From IMG/VR virus record IMGVR_UViG_3300010052_000002, positions 1 to 59,369 of that record: a stretch of 59,369 nt of DNA, one strand, 5' to 3'. Position 1 is the first letter of the stretch, and the number at the start of each line of letters is the position of its first letter. The notes beneath the pieces were generated by a model. It had not been told where the DNA came from, did not search any database, and worked only from the letters and a program-made list of their open reading frames with translations. Positions 39,257-48,268 of this stretch are shown in pieces. The translations under genes were made by a program, and so were the position numbers. Source of the DNA: a virus. Taxonomy: Duplodnaviria; Caudoviricetes.

Positions 39257-39287
39257 ACACCAAGCCCACCCAAGTCAGTGATCGCAA

Positions 39288-39500
39288 ATGAAAACTTCTG
39301 TCGCAAGAACATGCCGAGTGCTGAGACAAAATCTGAAGGAATACGAATGGGGCCGCCGCGAAGAACTGCTGGAGGACATTGCCCGGCATTGCGAGGCTAG
39401 TACAAACGCGGAATCAACAATCGAGGCGATCCTGAGGCTGATTAGGGATGCCAAGTCGGACATTCGAAGGAAGCGAAACACCCACCTCGTGACCCCCTGA
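39288..39500 (+). CDS. Hypothetical protein
   Basis: Short ORF in the same-strand array. Confidence 0.45.
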   Translation: MKTSVARTCRVLRQNLKEYEWGRREELLEDIARHCEASTNAESTIEAILRLIRDAKSDIRRKRNTHLVTP

Positions 39501-39528
39501 CCCCAACACGTTTGCAGAGGAGAGAGCG

Positions 39529-39756
39529 GTGGCGAACACGGAACAACCATTGGTGAGCTTGGCGGAGCGTATCGCGGATCGGATTGCGGCTGACCTCAAT
39601 GATCGTCGCGGCTTCCATCTCGACACGCTCGACGACGAACTCCAGCGTGAGATTCGAGACAAGTGGATGGGCATCATCGAGGCGGAACTGGCCGTACCGG
39701 TTGTGCACCGCAATGAATGGCGGGTGCGAGGGTTCTTTTTCGACTCAGAAGAGTAA
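39529..39756 (+). CDS. Hypothetical protein
   Basis: GAGGAG RBS. Confidence 0.6.
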   Translation: MANTEQPLVSLAERIADRIAADLNDRRGFHLDTLDDELQREIRDKWMGIIEAELAVPVVHRNEWRVRGFFFDSEE

Positions 39757-39805
39757 TCCCCCGCCGCGGTCAACAGCCGAGGACGGGTTTGGTTTCTAGG
39801 GAGAG

Positions 39806-40786
39806 GTGGAGGCGATGAAGGACGCGGAGCAAATCGTTGATGAGATGATCGCAGACGGAAAGCGGGTGATGGCGGAAGTCATCGCCGCCGTGAGGCCTGT
39901 GCAGATCGTCGCGGCGTACTCATCTGGCGATGACTCGATCGTCTCGACACACTTTGCCATGTCGAACTACGGCGATGCGTTCGTGTTCAACGCCGACACG
40001 CTCACTGGCTTGGAGCCATCGCGATGCCACCTGCGGAGCGTGTGCCAGAAGCTGAAGTGGCAACTCGAAATCAACGAGGCCCACGCCGAAGGGCCGCCCA
40101 AAAAGATGCGGCAAGGTGGAAGAATGGTCCCGTTTGATGCCAAGTTCGTTTGCCCGACTGGCGTCTGGAATGACGGAGCTAGTGCCTATGAAGAGTATTG
40201 CCTGAACTTTGGATTTCCGGGCCGCGGGAAGCCTCAACACGCACGAATGTATCAGCGGCTGAAAGAGCGGCCATTTCGCAGGATGCTGAAACAGTTCGAC
40301 GCCCGAAAGCGTGTCGGTGGAAACAAAGTCCTGATCATCAGCGGCATCCGCCACGACGAGAGCAGCAATCGAGCGGGATACCAACGGGCGTGGGCTGAAG
40401 GCTACTTCGGTGACGTGTGGGTGAATCCGTTTTACTGGCGGACAAAAGCAGACTTCGAGATGTACCGCCAGGAGTTCGGCCTGCCTCGCAATCCAGTGAA
40501 GCGGCTGACGGGGATCTCCGGTGAATGCACCTGCGGGACATTCGGAGACGCCGACGAACGGCAAGCCTACCGCGTGGCTGACCCGGCGTACTCCGCGAAG
40601 CTGGACGCCCTCGAAGCGGATGTGAAGGCACTGGGATTCCCGTGGGGATGGGGCGAGTCCCCACCGCGATGGTGGGTCCAGGAGCAGGAGCGCCGAAAGC
40701 GAGGACAACCCCTGTTGTTCGACGACTCAGGAACGCCTGAAGGATTCCAGCCAATGTGCGTCGGCTGCAACAACGGACGTCGCTGA
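39806..40786 (+). CDS. PAPS-reductase-like (PP-loop adenine nucleotide alpha-hydrolase) protein
   Basis: AYSSGDDS, DT, LKERP, SGIRHDES..R, VNP..W, SGECTCG. Confidence 0.8.
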   Translation: MEAMKDAEQIVDEMIADGKRVMAEVIAAVRPVQIVAAYSSGDDSIVSTHFAMSNYGDAFVFNADTLTGLEPSRCHLRSVCQKLKWQLEINEAHAEGPPKKMRQGGRMVPFDAKFVCPTGVWNDGASAYEEYCLNFGFPGRGKPQHARMYQRLKERPFRRMLKQFDARKRVGGNKVLIISGIRHDESSNRAGYQRAWAEGYFGDVWVNPFYWRTKADFEMYRQEFGLPRNPVKRLTGISGECTCGTFGDADERQAYRVADPAYSAKLDALEADVKALGFPWGWGESPPRWWVQEQERRKRGQPLLFDDSGTPEGFQPMCVGCNNGRR

Positions 40787-40864
40787 CAGCCCCGTCCCCA
40801 GCAACAGCCGAGGACGTAGGGCGTGGCGTGGGGAGTGGGATTTCAACCAGGGGAGGGAGAGGCG

Positions 40865-41242
40865 ATGGATACGAACATTCCAAAGGCATCGAGATATGGC
40901 GCATGCGGAGACTCCGCATGCCCGACTTGTGGCAACAGTCTTCAGAACGCCATTCCTGCCGACCGTCACGACCTGCGGAGATGTGCGTCCTGCAAGCTGG
41001 TGTTCGAGCCCCTGGCAGAGCATCCAGAACTCGCGAAGCGGCGGCTCGTCCAGACCGAGGACGCGATCACCGCACTTCTGAGAGACGGCAAACTGCCTGA
41101 GATTGATTACGTCCCGCTGTCCACAACCGACCGTGCGAGTGCTTTGCGATTACTCCTTAATGCCCGCAACCGATTCCGTCGGGCAATCGACGCCACCCCA
41201 GCACCACCACCCAACCCCCAGCCCGGAGAGCCCCGTGACTGA
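40865..41242 (+). CDS. Zn-ribbon hypothetical protein
   Basis: CPTC...CASC; GGAG RBS. Confidence 0.6.
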   Translation: MDTNIPKASRYGACGDSACPTCGNSLQNAIPADRHDLRRCASCKLVFEPLAEHPELAKRRLVQTEDAITALLRDGKLPEIDYVPLSTTDRASALRLLLNARNRFRRAIDATPAPPPNPQPGEPRD

Positions 41243-41480
41243 GCACGACTGGCGGCCGATTGCTTCGGCGCCGAAGGATGGACGAATGATCCTGCTGTTC
41301 CGCCCAACTGGCGGAGGATGGATGAATATCGCCACAGGAAGTTGGAACGACGATCGCTACGCAACTCGCCCACATCCGTACTGGGAGTCATGGCTGCGCA
41401 TCGGAGTGGATTGGCGCGAGCTTCCGCCGTCGCATTGGATGCCCCTTCCCCCGCCGCCGAAGTCAGGAGAGACGACGTGA
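41235..41480 (+). CDS. DUF551-like phage protein
   Basis: WRPIASAPKDG..ILL...PSHWMPLP.PP. Confidence 0.85.
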   Translation: MTEHDWRPIASAPKDGRMILLFRPTGGGWMNIATGSWNDDRYATRPHPYWESWLRIGVDWRELPPSHWMPLPPPPKSGETT

Positions 41481-41608
41481 CACCTGAGCAAAAACTGCAG
41501 GTCAGGGCCGACGCATTTCAAGACCAGGAGATTGAGGCGGCACGAGAGTGGTTTCGTGAGAGCGATGCGGCCAGCGTTCTCTCGATTTGGCTGCGTGTCC
41601 GTCTCTGA
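41477..41608 (+). CDS. Small hypothetical protein
   Basis: GTGA coupling and AGGAG RBS; 43 aa. Confidence 0.4.
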   Translation: MTPEQKLQVRADAFQDQEIEAAREWFRESDAASVLSIWLRVRL

Positions 41609-41809
41609 GTGGTTGCGCGGAGTGGCGATCGGAGAGTACCCGCCGCTGTCGGCGCGGGTACGGAAGTCGCTGTCGACTCCGAGGGGGCGCGGTCCCCGGC
41701 CGAAGGCGATGAGACAACCGACCAGCGACGCAGGAGAATGAGACGATGCGTGGCGTCTGGATAAGGATGCGCGGCGGTGTATCAACCGAGTTCGGAGCGC
41801 GGTGAAGCA

Positions 41810-42280
41810 ATGAGCCACAAGCCCGAAAGTTTCGAAGAATTTCTCGCCAAGTTCTTCACCGCCAGTGCGTCCGCGAACCTGACCTTCAACGCCACAGGCA
41901 GTTCGTCTCCGCCAGTGCTTACTCCAGGCGAACTGCTGAAGATTAAAAAGGACTGGGCCAAGAAGTGCGGAGAGCAGCCGTCTTCGTCATTGTGGCTGGA
42001 CGGTTTGCCGAAGTTTGAATGTGTGTCGCCAAAGCCGAAGGACTTCCACTTCTTGGACTGCGTAGGGATGTTGTGCGGAGAGCCGCCCGCCTATTCGCAG
42101 GTCGACGTTGATTTCGACGGGCAGCCGAACCATGCGGTCGTGAAGATCCCCGGCGGCATCGCCATTGTTCGCAAGCTCGACGAGCACCTTGCGTCGCTGC
42201 GTCGGCAGAGGGACGCGGAGTTTGACGAGGGGCTGCGGGAATTGCGGACGGCGATGCGAGGCGGTGTATGGGGCGGGTGA
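41810..42280 (+). CDS. Hypothetical protein
   Basis: ORF in the same-strand array. Confidence 0.6.
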   Translation: MSHKPESFEEFLAKFFTASASANLTFNATGSSSPPVLTPGELLKIKKDWAKKCGEQPSSSLWLDGLPKFECVSPKPKDFHFLDCVGMLCGEPPAYSQVDVDFDGQPNHAVVKIPGGIAIVRKLDEHLASLRRQRDAEFDEGLRELRTAMRGGVWGG

Positions 42281-42313
42281 GGGTGGAGGCGGGGAAACCA
42301 GACTGACGTCGCG

Positions 42314-42347
42314 TTACGAGGCGACGTAATATTACGAGTGGACGTAA
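42314..42347. promoter_or_regulatory. Tandem palindromic operator-like sites TTACG-N6-CGTAA x2
   Basis: TTACGAGGCGACGTAA (42314-42329) and TTACGAGTGGACGTAA (42332-42347). Confidence 0.55.
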
Positions 42348-42357
42348 TGGTTCATGC

Positions 42358-42669
42358 GTGGAGCTAGCCGTGCCAAGGCGGAACAAGGGCGAGTGGTCTC
42401 AAGGGCTCATTGAGCGGTTCCATCGCGAAGAGAAGATTTCGCGTCGCTTGCGGAACAACGGAAAGGCGTCGCACTCTCTCGCGATGCTGGTTGCTGACGA
42501 GATGCACGCAGCCGAGCACGGGATCCACTGTGGCTGCATCCACTGCATTCAGGACACGCCGTTCTGGTTCGACGATGATGGGCCAATCGCCAAACTGTCG
42601 ACCATCGTCGGGGAGTCGTGCATCGACCACTCCGACCCAGTCGGCAGCTATCGCTGGCATCGGAGATGA
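42358..42669 (+). CDS. Hypothetical protein
   Basis: His/Cys cluster HCGCIHC; weak start signals. Confidence 0.4.
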   Translation: MELAVPRRNKGEWSQGLIERFHREEKISRRLRNNGKASHSLAMLVADEMHAAEHGIHCGCIHCIQDTPFWFDDDGPIAKLSTIVGESCIDHSDPVGSYRWHRR

Positions 42670-42670
42670 G

Positions 42671-42856
42671 TCACCCTGACCGCGTCTCGCCCCGGCACGC
42701 TTCGTCGAGGAGCCTCAGTTGCCGCAGGGCAATCTCGTTCTTGCTCTTGCCCTCCTGTCGAGCCAACTGCTCAATCAGCAGTTCGAGACTCCGTGGCAAG
42801 TAGACCGTCATCCGCCGGGTTAGCGTTCCGGCTGGACTCTTCTGGAAGGCTGGCAT
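42671..42856 (-). CDS. Arc/CopG-like ribbon-helix-helix regulator
   Basis: RRMTVYLPRSLELLIEQLARQEGKSKNEI; one of only two credible minus-strand genes. Confidence 0.75.
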   Translation of the reverse strand: MPAFQKSPAGTLTRRMTVYLPRSLELLIEQLARQEGKSKNEIALRQLRLLDEACRGETRSG

Positions 42857-43060
42857 CGCGCGCTGGTCCCTGCGTCGTGTGCGCGGTCCGTGCGCCGATT
42901 GGTCGGGGAAGGATCTCTTGACAACGGCTTCGCACCTTGTCGAAGCCTGCTGGCTGTGTCGGGGGACACATCGGTGCCCGAGCGGCTGGGTTAGCCTCCA
43001 GTCGCCGGGCCTCTCTCCCAATTGTCACGAGTCCGCCAGTCACGTTCAAGGCCGCTTCCG

Positions 43061-43507
43061 ATGTCCGATCGTGTGCAAACTGTCATCGCGTGGCTCACGT
43101 GGGCCGCAAAGATCATCGGAGTAATCCTGACGCTCATCGGCGGCGGTCAGGCGGTCCAGATCGCGTCCTCGCCGGAGGCGTACGGATCGGCCGACAACAT
43201 TGGCACAAGCGGCACGCTGACGGTCGCTGGCATCCTGACGACGTTCCTCGCACCGCTGATTGCGAAGGGCGTGTCGGCGTTTTGGTCATGGAAGCGGGGA
43301 CGCAAGGCGACTCCCGTGCTCGATTACGGCTTTGCCCTCGGGTGTGTCGCGAATCTCCGCGAATACCTGGTTGACGTTCCGGCTGCGACGGCGCCGCTCG
43401 ACACACTGAAGGAGCTGGTCGCGAAGGTTGAAAGCGACCGGATTGACCCTCCCGCCCCAACGCCCGACCCGGCCCCGGCCTCGGTCGTCGCCGTGGGGGT
43501 GAAATGA
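43061..43507 (+). CDS. Two-TM membrane protein (holin candidate)
   Basis: Two hydrophobic helices; first gene of the putative lysis/late block. Confidence 0.6.
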   Translation: MSDRVQTVIAWLTWAAKIIGVILTLIGGGQAVQIASSPEAYGSADNIGTSGTLTVAGILTTFLAPLIAKGVSAFWSWKRGRKATPVLDYGFALGCVANLREYLVDVPAATAPLDTLKELVAKVESDRIDPPAPTPDPAPASVVAVGVK

Positions 43508-43734
43508 GTGGTGCAATCGCCATTTTCGCAGAGTCAGCAAGCTGCACATTCGAATGTGTTTTGTGCGGGTTTCGCCGGATGACGACATCGGCGGTGAATC
43601 GCAAGGGGATTTGCATTCCATGTCGACGTGCTGGCCTGAACACCGAGGCCGACGTGGCGGCACGCACGATGCCGAAGTGCCGTGTGGAGCAGTTTCGGCG
43701 GATGGGGCACGACGAAGGGGACGCCCGCTCATGA
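43504..43734 (+). CDS. Small Zn-finger protein
   Basis: CVLC...CIPC; coupled on both sides. Confidence 0.55.
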   Translation: MSGAIAIFAESASCTFECVLCGFRRMTTSAVNRKGICIPCRRAGLNTEADVAARTMPKCRVEQFRRMGHDEGDARS

Positions 43735-44093
43735 CCCGCCTCGCCCTCCTACTCGCCCTCCTGCTCTGCGGCTGCCTCAAGCCCCGGCCCGTCGACCCGC
43801 CGGCCCCGGAGCCGGACGTGGTTGCTCCGGTTGCTGGAACAGAGATGGACCGCTACTTCGCGGCGTTCCGCACCAACATCGGGCGGGCGCTCGGCGAGAC
43901 GGCTGCAAAGGTTGACGGGCTCAGTGAAGCGGCTGCCCGCGATCTTCTGGCCGCAAAGCTGCTCGATGCCGTTACCCGGTCGCACGGTGAACTGTCGGCC
44001 GCAGACGCGGCCCTGAGTGCCAGCGGCTTCACCACCGAGAAGTTCAAGGCGGTACTGCTTCGCCGTCAGCAGGAGGCGCTCCGTGGTCAATAA
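43731..44093 (+). CDS. Lipoprotein
   Basis: Signal peptide MTRLALLLALLLCG|C, Pro-rich linker, helical body. Confidence 0.7.
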   Translation: MTRLALLLALLLCGCLKPRPVDPPAPEPDVVAPVAGTEMDRYFAAFRTNIGRALGETAAKVDGLSEAAARDLLAAKLLDAVTRSHGELSAADAALSASGFTTEKFKAVLLRRQQEALRGQ

Positions 44094-44871
44094 CTGTCGC
44101 CTGGATCTTGAGGACTACGAGTACCTGGCAGCCCTTCCGCAAGGGACTCCGGACACGTTCGCGTCGTTCGACGCCCCGCCCGAAGTGACTGTTGAGTGGC
44201 ACCGGAATGAAAATCAGGGTGCCTTGGGGTCGTGTAATGGAACGGCGGGAGCCTCATGCCTGGAACGCGCTGCATGGGTGAGGGACCGCCAGAAGGTTCA
44301 GCTTTCCAAGATCTTCGCGTATCTCGGCTCGCAGAAGGTTGGTGGGCTTCTCGGCTACGACCAAGGCAGTCGGCCGACCGACTTCATCAAGCTCGCGATG
44401 AGCACGGGCGTCTGCCCTGAGTCGATGACCGGATACCCGGCCGCGTATCCAAATGGCGTTCAGATCAAGACCTACCTGTCGGCCGCGAACTATGCCGCAG
44501 GCGCCCCGTTCAAGGCTCAATCGGTTTGCGTGTTCCGCAAGGACTCGACGATTGATGAGTTCAAGCAGTTCATTGGGGGTGGCGGTTCGATCCTGTTTGG
44601 CTGCCGCTGGTACAGGATGATTCCGGCCGACCGTGTCGTGCGATCGTATTCACCGCCGGCCACGGCCCGTCTTGGGCACGCGATGTCCATCCTCGGCTAT
44701 CGCCAGAATCTCATCGGCCTGAATTCGCACAACGACGGGGCCTATGAGATCACCGCGAAAGCGCTGGAGCAGTTGCTCCGTTACCCCGGCAACGTATTCG
44801 TCGGCCTGATGGGCAACGAAGGCAAGCCGGTTGACTGGGTCAAGGATTCCCCATGGAACTTCAAAGGATGA
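44083..44871 (+). CDS. Papain-like (C1 family) cysteine peptidase
   Basis: NQGALGSC (oxyanion Gln and catalytic Cys), GHAMSILGY (His), LNSH (Asn); AGGAGG RBS before GTG 44083. Confidence 0.85.
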   Translation: MVNNCRLDLEDYEYLAALPQGTPDTFASFDAPPEVTVEWHRNENQGALGSCNGTAGASCLERAAWVRDRQKVQLSKIFAYLGSQKVGGLLGYDQGSRPTDFIKLAMSTGVCPESMTGYPAAYPNGVQIKTYLSAANYAAGAPFKAQSVCVFRKDSTIDEFKQFIGGGGSILFGCRWYRMIPADRVVRSYSPPATARLGHAMSILGYRQNLIGLNSHNDGAYEITAKALEQLLRYPGNVFVGLMGNEGKPVDWVKDSPWNFKG

Positions 44872-44876
44872 CTGCC

Positions 44877-45572
44877 ATGCGATACTTGCTGTTCCTCGCC
44901 ATGCTCGCCCTGTTCGGCTGCGGCCCCGGTCCGAAGTCTGCGAAAGCTGACGACAAGACCGCCGCGCCGAAGAAGGAAACCTACACCGCGGCCATCCAGC
45001 GTTTCGAGGCGACGGTCTCAGGCTTGTCCGCCACGCTCGGCAACAACAACGCCGAACTGGACGCCGTGAAGGGTGAACTCAGTGCGGTGAAGGCCGACGT
45101 CAACGCCATCAAGGCCGGTGTCGCGGAGATCAAATCGCTGCTGACGGTGGACACGGAGATCTCGGTGGAGGTGCCGAAGGTTGAGTCGCCGCCAGCGGAG
45201 CCGGATGCAGTGACCATCAACGGCAAGTCTGAAAATCTCGCGGCCTTCATCAAAAAGTGGTATCGGCCGAACACCGGGTTCCACGACCCCGACGATGGGC
45301 AGGTGTTGAGCGAGCATCTTGTTAAGCACGGTGTCGCTGCCGAAGACGTGGCGAGGCTGAACTACGCCACGCAGCACGTCCTGCATGTTGCGGTCCACCT
45401 GAGAGAGAAGGCGGAGGGCATCCCTGCCCCAAAGGCCAAGGCGGTTGTTGTGAAAGCCGCGGCCCCGGTTGTGAGCGTTCCGATTCAGAACTGCCCCAAC
45501 GGTCAGTGCCCCAACATCCAACAGTACGGCGTGAAGCAGGGTCGCGCACGGCTGTTCGGGAGGTGGAGGTGA
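44877..45572 (+). CDS. Coiled-coil lipoprotein (spanin-like candidate)
   Basis: MRYLLFLAMLALFG|C, heptad region, C-terminal CPNGQCP. Confidence 0.7.
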   Translation: MRYLLFLAMLALFGCGPGPKSAKADDKTAAPKKETYTAAIQRFEATVSGLSATLGNNNAELDAVKGELSAVKADVNAIKAGVAEIKSLLTVDTEISVEVPKVESPPAEPDAVTINGKSENLAAFIKKWYRPNTGFHDPDDGQVLSEHLVKHGVAAEDVARLNYATQHVLHVAVHLREKAEGIPAPKAKAVVVKAAAPVVSVPIQNCPNGQCPNIQQYGVKQGRARLFGRWR

Positions 45573-45745
45573 TGTCCGCCCGCCGGGAACAGCTCGACAA
45601 GCCAACGTTCAAGGGGCCGAAGCAGCGGAAGCGATGGTCCTACCGTGAGGCGAAAACCGCTTTCAATCGCACCGTGCGACGTGCGGCGAAACGTGATCCT
45701 GAAGACGCTCCCCGCAAACGAGAGTTTCACGGCTGGTACTGGTAG
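45572..45745 (+). CDS. Small basic protein
   Basis: TGATG coupling, GGAGG RBS. Confidence 0.55.
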   Translation: MSARREQLDKPTFKGPKQRKRWSYREAKTAFNRTVRRAAKRDPEDAPRKREFHGWYW

Positions 45746-45806
45746 CCAATGACCACCCCCACCCGCACGCTGACCGCCGCCCGAAGCGACTTCCTGTCGT
45801 GACCTC

Positions 45807-46412
45807 ATGCTCGAACACCTCCTCAGCCTCCCATGCCAGATGCTCGACGCGGGCCGGACCGTTCCGGACTCCGCGTCTGATGGCACGTTCAAGGGGCCGC
45901 TGTGGGACGTGACGCTGCCGAACACGAAGCCGCTCATCCCGTTCATTCTCGACTTCGCCCGGCTGGGGCAGGCGATCAACCTGGACGTCAATGCCCGCCG
46001 CGTCGGGACGGTCCATCTGCGGGAGCAGCCGACGGCCGGGAGCAACGGGCTTCTCGTGCCGTATGAGATGGTCGACCTGTTCGGCGCCATCAAGCGGGAC
46101 GTGCGGTCGATTCCGTTCGTGCACCCCAAGGCGGAATCGCTTCTCAATGGCGATTGGACGACGTTCGGGCCGGTGCAGGTGCGGTTCGACTACTCGTGCA
46201 TCCTGCCGACGGTGACGTACCGCGACGGGAACGCCTTCATCACATGGGCCACGCCACCGACGATTCGCTCGACATCGACGGGATGGCTCGGTGTGCGGCA
46301 GAAGATCACGACGACAACCATCAAGCATTTCCGCATCGGTGAGTTTGATGGCGAGGTTGTGACCACGAGCCGGCTCAAGAACTTCATTCTCCCGGACGTG
46401 AAATGGTCATGA
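45807..46412 (+). CDS. Hypothetical protein
   Basis: 201 aa beta-rich ORF with phage-like codon use. Confidence 0.65.
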   Translation: MLEHLLSLPCQMLDAGRTVPDSASDGTFKGPLWDVTLPNTKPLIPFILDFARLGQAINLDVNARRVGTVHLREQPTAGSNGLLVPYEMVDLFGAIKRDVRSIPFVHPKAESLLNGDWTTFGPVQVRFDYSCILPTVTYRDGNAFITWATPPTIRSTSTGWLGVRQKITTTTIKHFRIGEFDGEVVTTSRLKNFILPDVKWS

Positions 46413-46507
46413 CTCGCCGCCGCCGTTCCGCCCTCATCCTCCTGAGCATCGCCGTCGGGCTGGTGTGTTTGTGGCTGGTTGGGTGTGAGCAGGGAGCGCC
46501 GCTGTGA
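46409..46507 (+). CDS. 32-aa micro-lipoprotein (not in the ORF track)
   Basis: MTRRRRSALILLSIAVGLVCLWLVG|CEQGAPL*; ATGA overlap upstream and TGATG overlap downstream. Confidence 0.6.
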   Translation: MTRRRRSALILLSIAVGLVCLWLVGCEQGAPL

Positions 46508-46983
46508 TGAGAATGCTCGCATGGATCGTCGCAATCGTCGTAGGACAGGTCGCCTTAACGTGGGTGTTCCTGTGGGCGCTGCGCAACACCATGCCAGAGC
46601 CCGGCCAGTTCGAACGTGGAGTGAGCCAAGTGACAGCCGAAAAGCGAACCCTCGGTCAGCACATCCTCGCCCTTGGCTTGAAGCCGAACGAAGAGCTGGT
46701 CTTCGAGATCGATTTCGAGACGGTCAGCGGCTTCAGTGTTACCGCCTTCGACGGCAAGTTCGAACAGACGGTTGGGGCCGGGCCGGAGAGTGCCATTGCC
46801 AGCGACACGAAGGACAAGGCGTTTGAACTGGCCGCGGAAGCCCTGCGGACGGTCCGAATGAGTTCGGCAGCATGGCCGGGCCCTGTGCCGCCTGCGGGGA
46901 CGCCAGAGGCCGCAGCGATGCACGATGCATTGCATGCGGCGCACGAGGCGTACATGCAGGAGCGGAAGGGGGGCGTAGAGTGA
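46504..46983 (+). CDS. Membrane-anchored hypothetical protein
   Basis: N-terminal TM helix. Confidence 0.6.
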   Translation: MMRMLAWIVAIVVGQVALTWVFLWALRNTMPEPGQFERGVSQVTAEKRTLGQHILALGLKPNEELVFEIDFETVSGFSVTAFDGKFEQTVGAGPESAIASDTKDKAFELAAEALRTVRMSSAAWPGPVPPAGTPEAAAMHDALHAAHEAYMQERKGGVE

Positions 46984-47765
46984 TAGGGCCGACCCGAGAA
47001 CAACTTCAGCAGTGGGCGGAGCAAGAGGACGCTGTGGGCGGTCACGTGTCTGTTGGTGGCATGGCTGCCGACTGCGGACAGCCTGTTCGCCCAGCTCTCC
47101 CCCCGTTTTTCATGGTATTCGACGTCGAATCCATCGGCCTTCACGGCGAGGGGTTCGCGGCCGGGTTCGTCGTCATTGACAGTGAGGGCAAGGAGCACGA
47201 GGCGGGCGTTTTCGCCTGTCGCCCAATTGACGCCAGTGGCAGCCAGGAAGACCGGCTGTGGGTCGCGAACAACATCCCCGCACTGGAAGTGACACATGAT
47301 GGCCCAGAAGGCGTCAGGGCGGCGTTCTTCGGCCGCTGGTTGCACTGGAAGGAGCGAGGGGCGGTTCTGGTCGCCGATTGCTGCTGGCCCGTGGAGGCCA
47401 GATTTCTGATTCACTGCATCAACGATCAGCCAGACGAGCGGAAGTGGCAGGGCCCGTACCCGCTGCACGACGTCGCTTCGATGCTCTTGATGGCCGGGCT
47501 CGATCCTGTTGGTTCGTACTGGGAGGAGCAAGACGGCGAGAAACATCACCCGATGTGTGACGCTCGCCAGTCCTCGCGACTGCTGAAGCAAGTGTTGCTT
47601 GTGTCACAAGGTTCGCCGTCCTTTTCCCCATCGCCGCGCTGCCGGCGGTGTGGATTTGATCGAGGAGTCAACGAGCAGGGGTGTTGCCCGGTATGCCACA
47701 CAAAGCCTGCACCGGAAGCGTATGGGCGAATCGAAGTTGGCCAGTCGTATGCGAGGCCGCAATGA
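46980..47765 (+). CDS. DEDDh-like 3'-5' exonuclease with C-terminal Zn ribbon
   Basis: FDVESIG (Exo I), LHDVAS, HHPMCDA (Exo III). Confidence 0.75.
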   Translation: MIGPTREQLQQWAEQEDAVGGHVSVGGMAADCGQPVRPALPPFFMVFDVESIGLHGEGFAAGFVVIDSEGKEHEAGVFACRPIDASGSQEDRLWVANNIPALEVTHDGPEGVRAAFFGRWLHWKERGAVLVADCCWPVEARFLIHCINDQPDERKWQGPYPLHDVASMLLMAGLDPVGSYWEEQDGEKHHPMCDARQSSRLLKQVLLVSQGSPSFSPSPRCRRCGFDRGVNEQGCCPVCHTKPAPEAYGRIEVGQSYARPQ

Positions 47766-48130
47766 CGCCCGAAGAGTTCTTCATCTGGCAGATTCATTTC
47801 GAGCATCTGGCCCGTCCGCAGGTCATCGAGCCGCGCGGCGCGTTCATCCGCCACGAACTGACCAATCCGCCACAGCCCAAGCCGGCAACCGAAGCGGCTC
47901 ACTGGCTCAGCGTCGCGTGGCTTGTCCTGATGCTGTGGCTGCTGATGTCGCTGTTCAGCACGGCCCACGGCGGTGAAGTCGGCCGGGCTCGACGCCTGAC
48001 GCGCATCACTGTGCTGCGGCCCGTGCGAGTGAAGGCCCGTGCGGAGGCGGGCTACCCCCTGCTGTCCACGATGGCGAACACGACGCGTGTGGCGGCGAAT
48101 CTCACGAGTCCACTGTCCTGGTTTTTCTGA
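47762..48130 (+). CDS. Membrane hypothetical protein
   Basis: ATGA coupling; one TM segment. Confidence 0.55.
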   Translation: MTPEEFFIWQIHFEHLARPQVIEPRGAFIRHELTNPPQPKPATEAAHWLSVAWLVLMLWLLMSLFSTAHGGEVGRARRLTRITVLRPVRVKARAEAGYPLLSTMANTTRVAANLTSPLSWFF

Positions 48131-48268
48131 AAACTCAACACCGACCTGCATCGTCGAGATGACCAATGACGTTCTTCGAGACCCTGTATCAGATCGGCGT
48201 GTTCGGATTGGCCATTCTTGTGGCCGTCGTCATTGCTGATAAACGCACCAACCGAATGAGGTCTCGCT

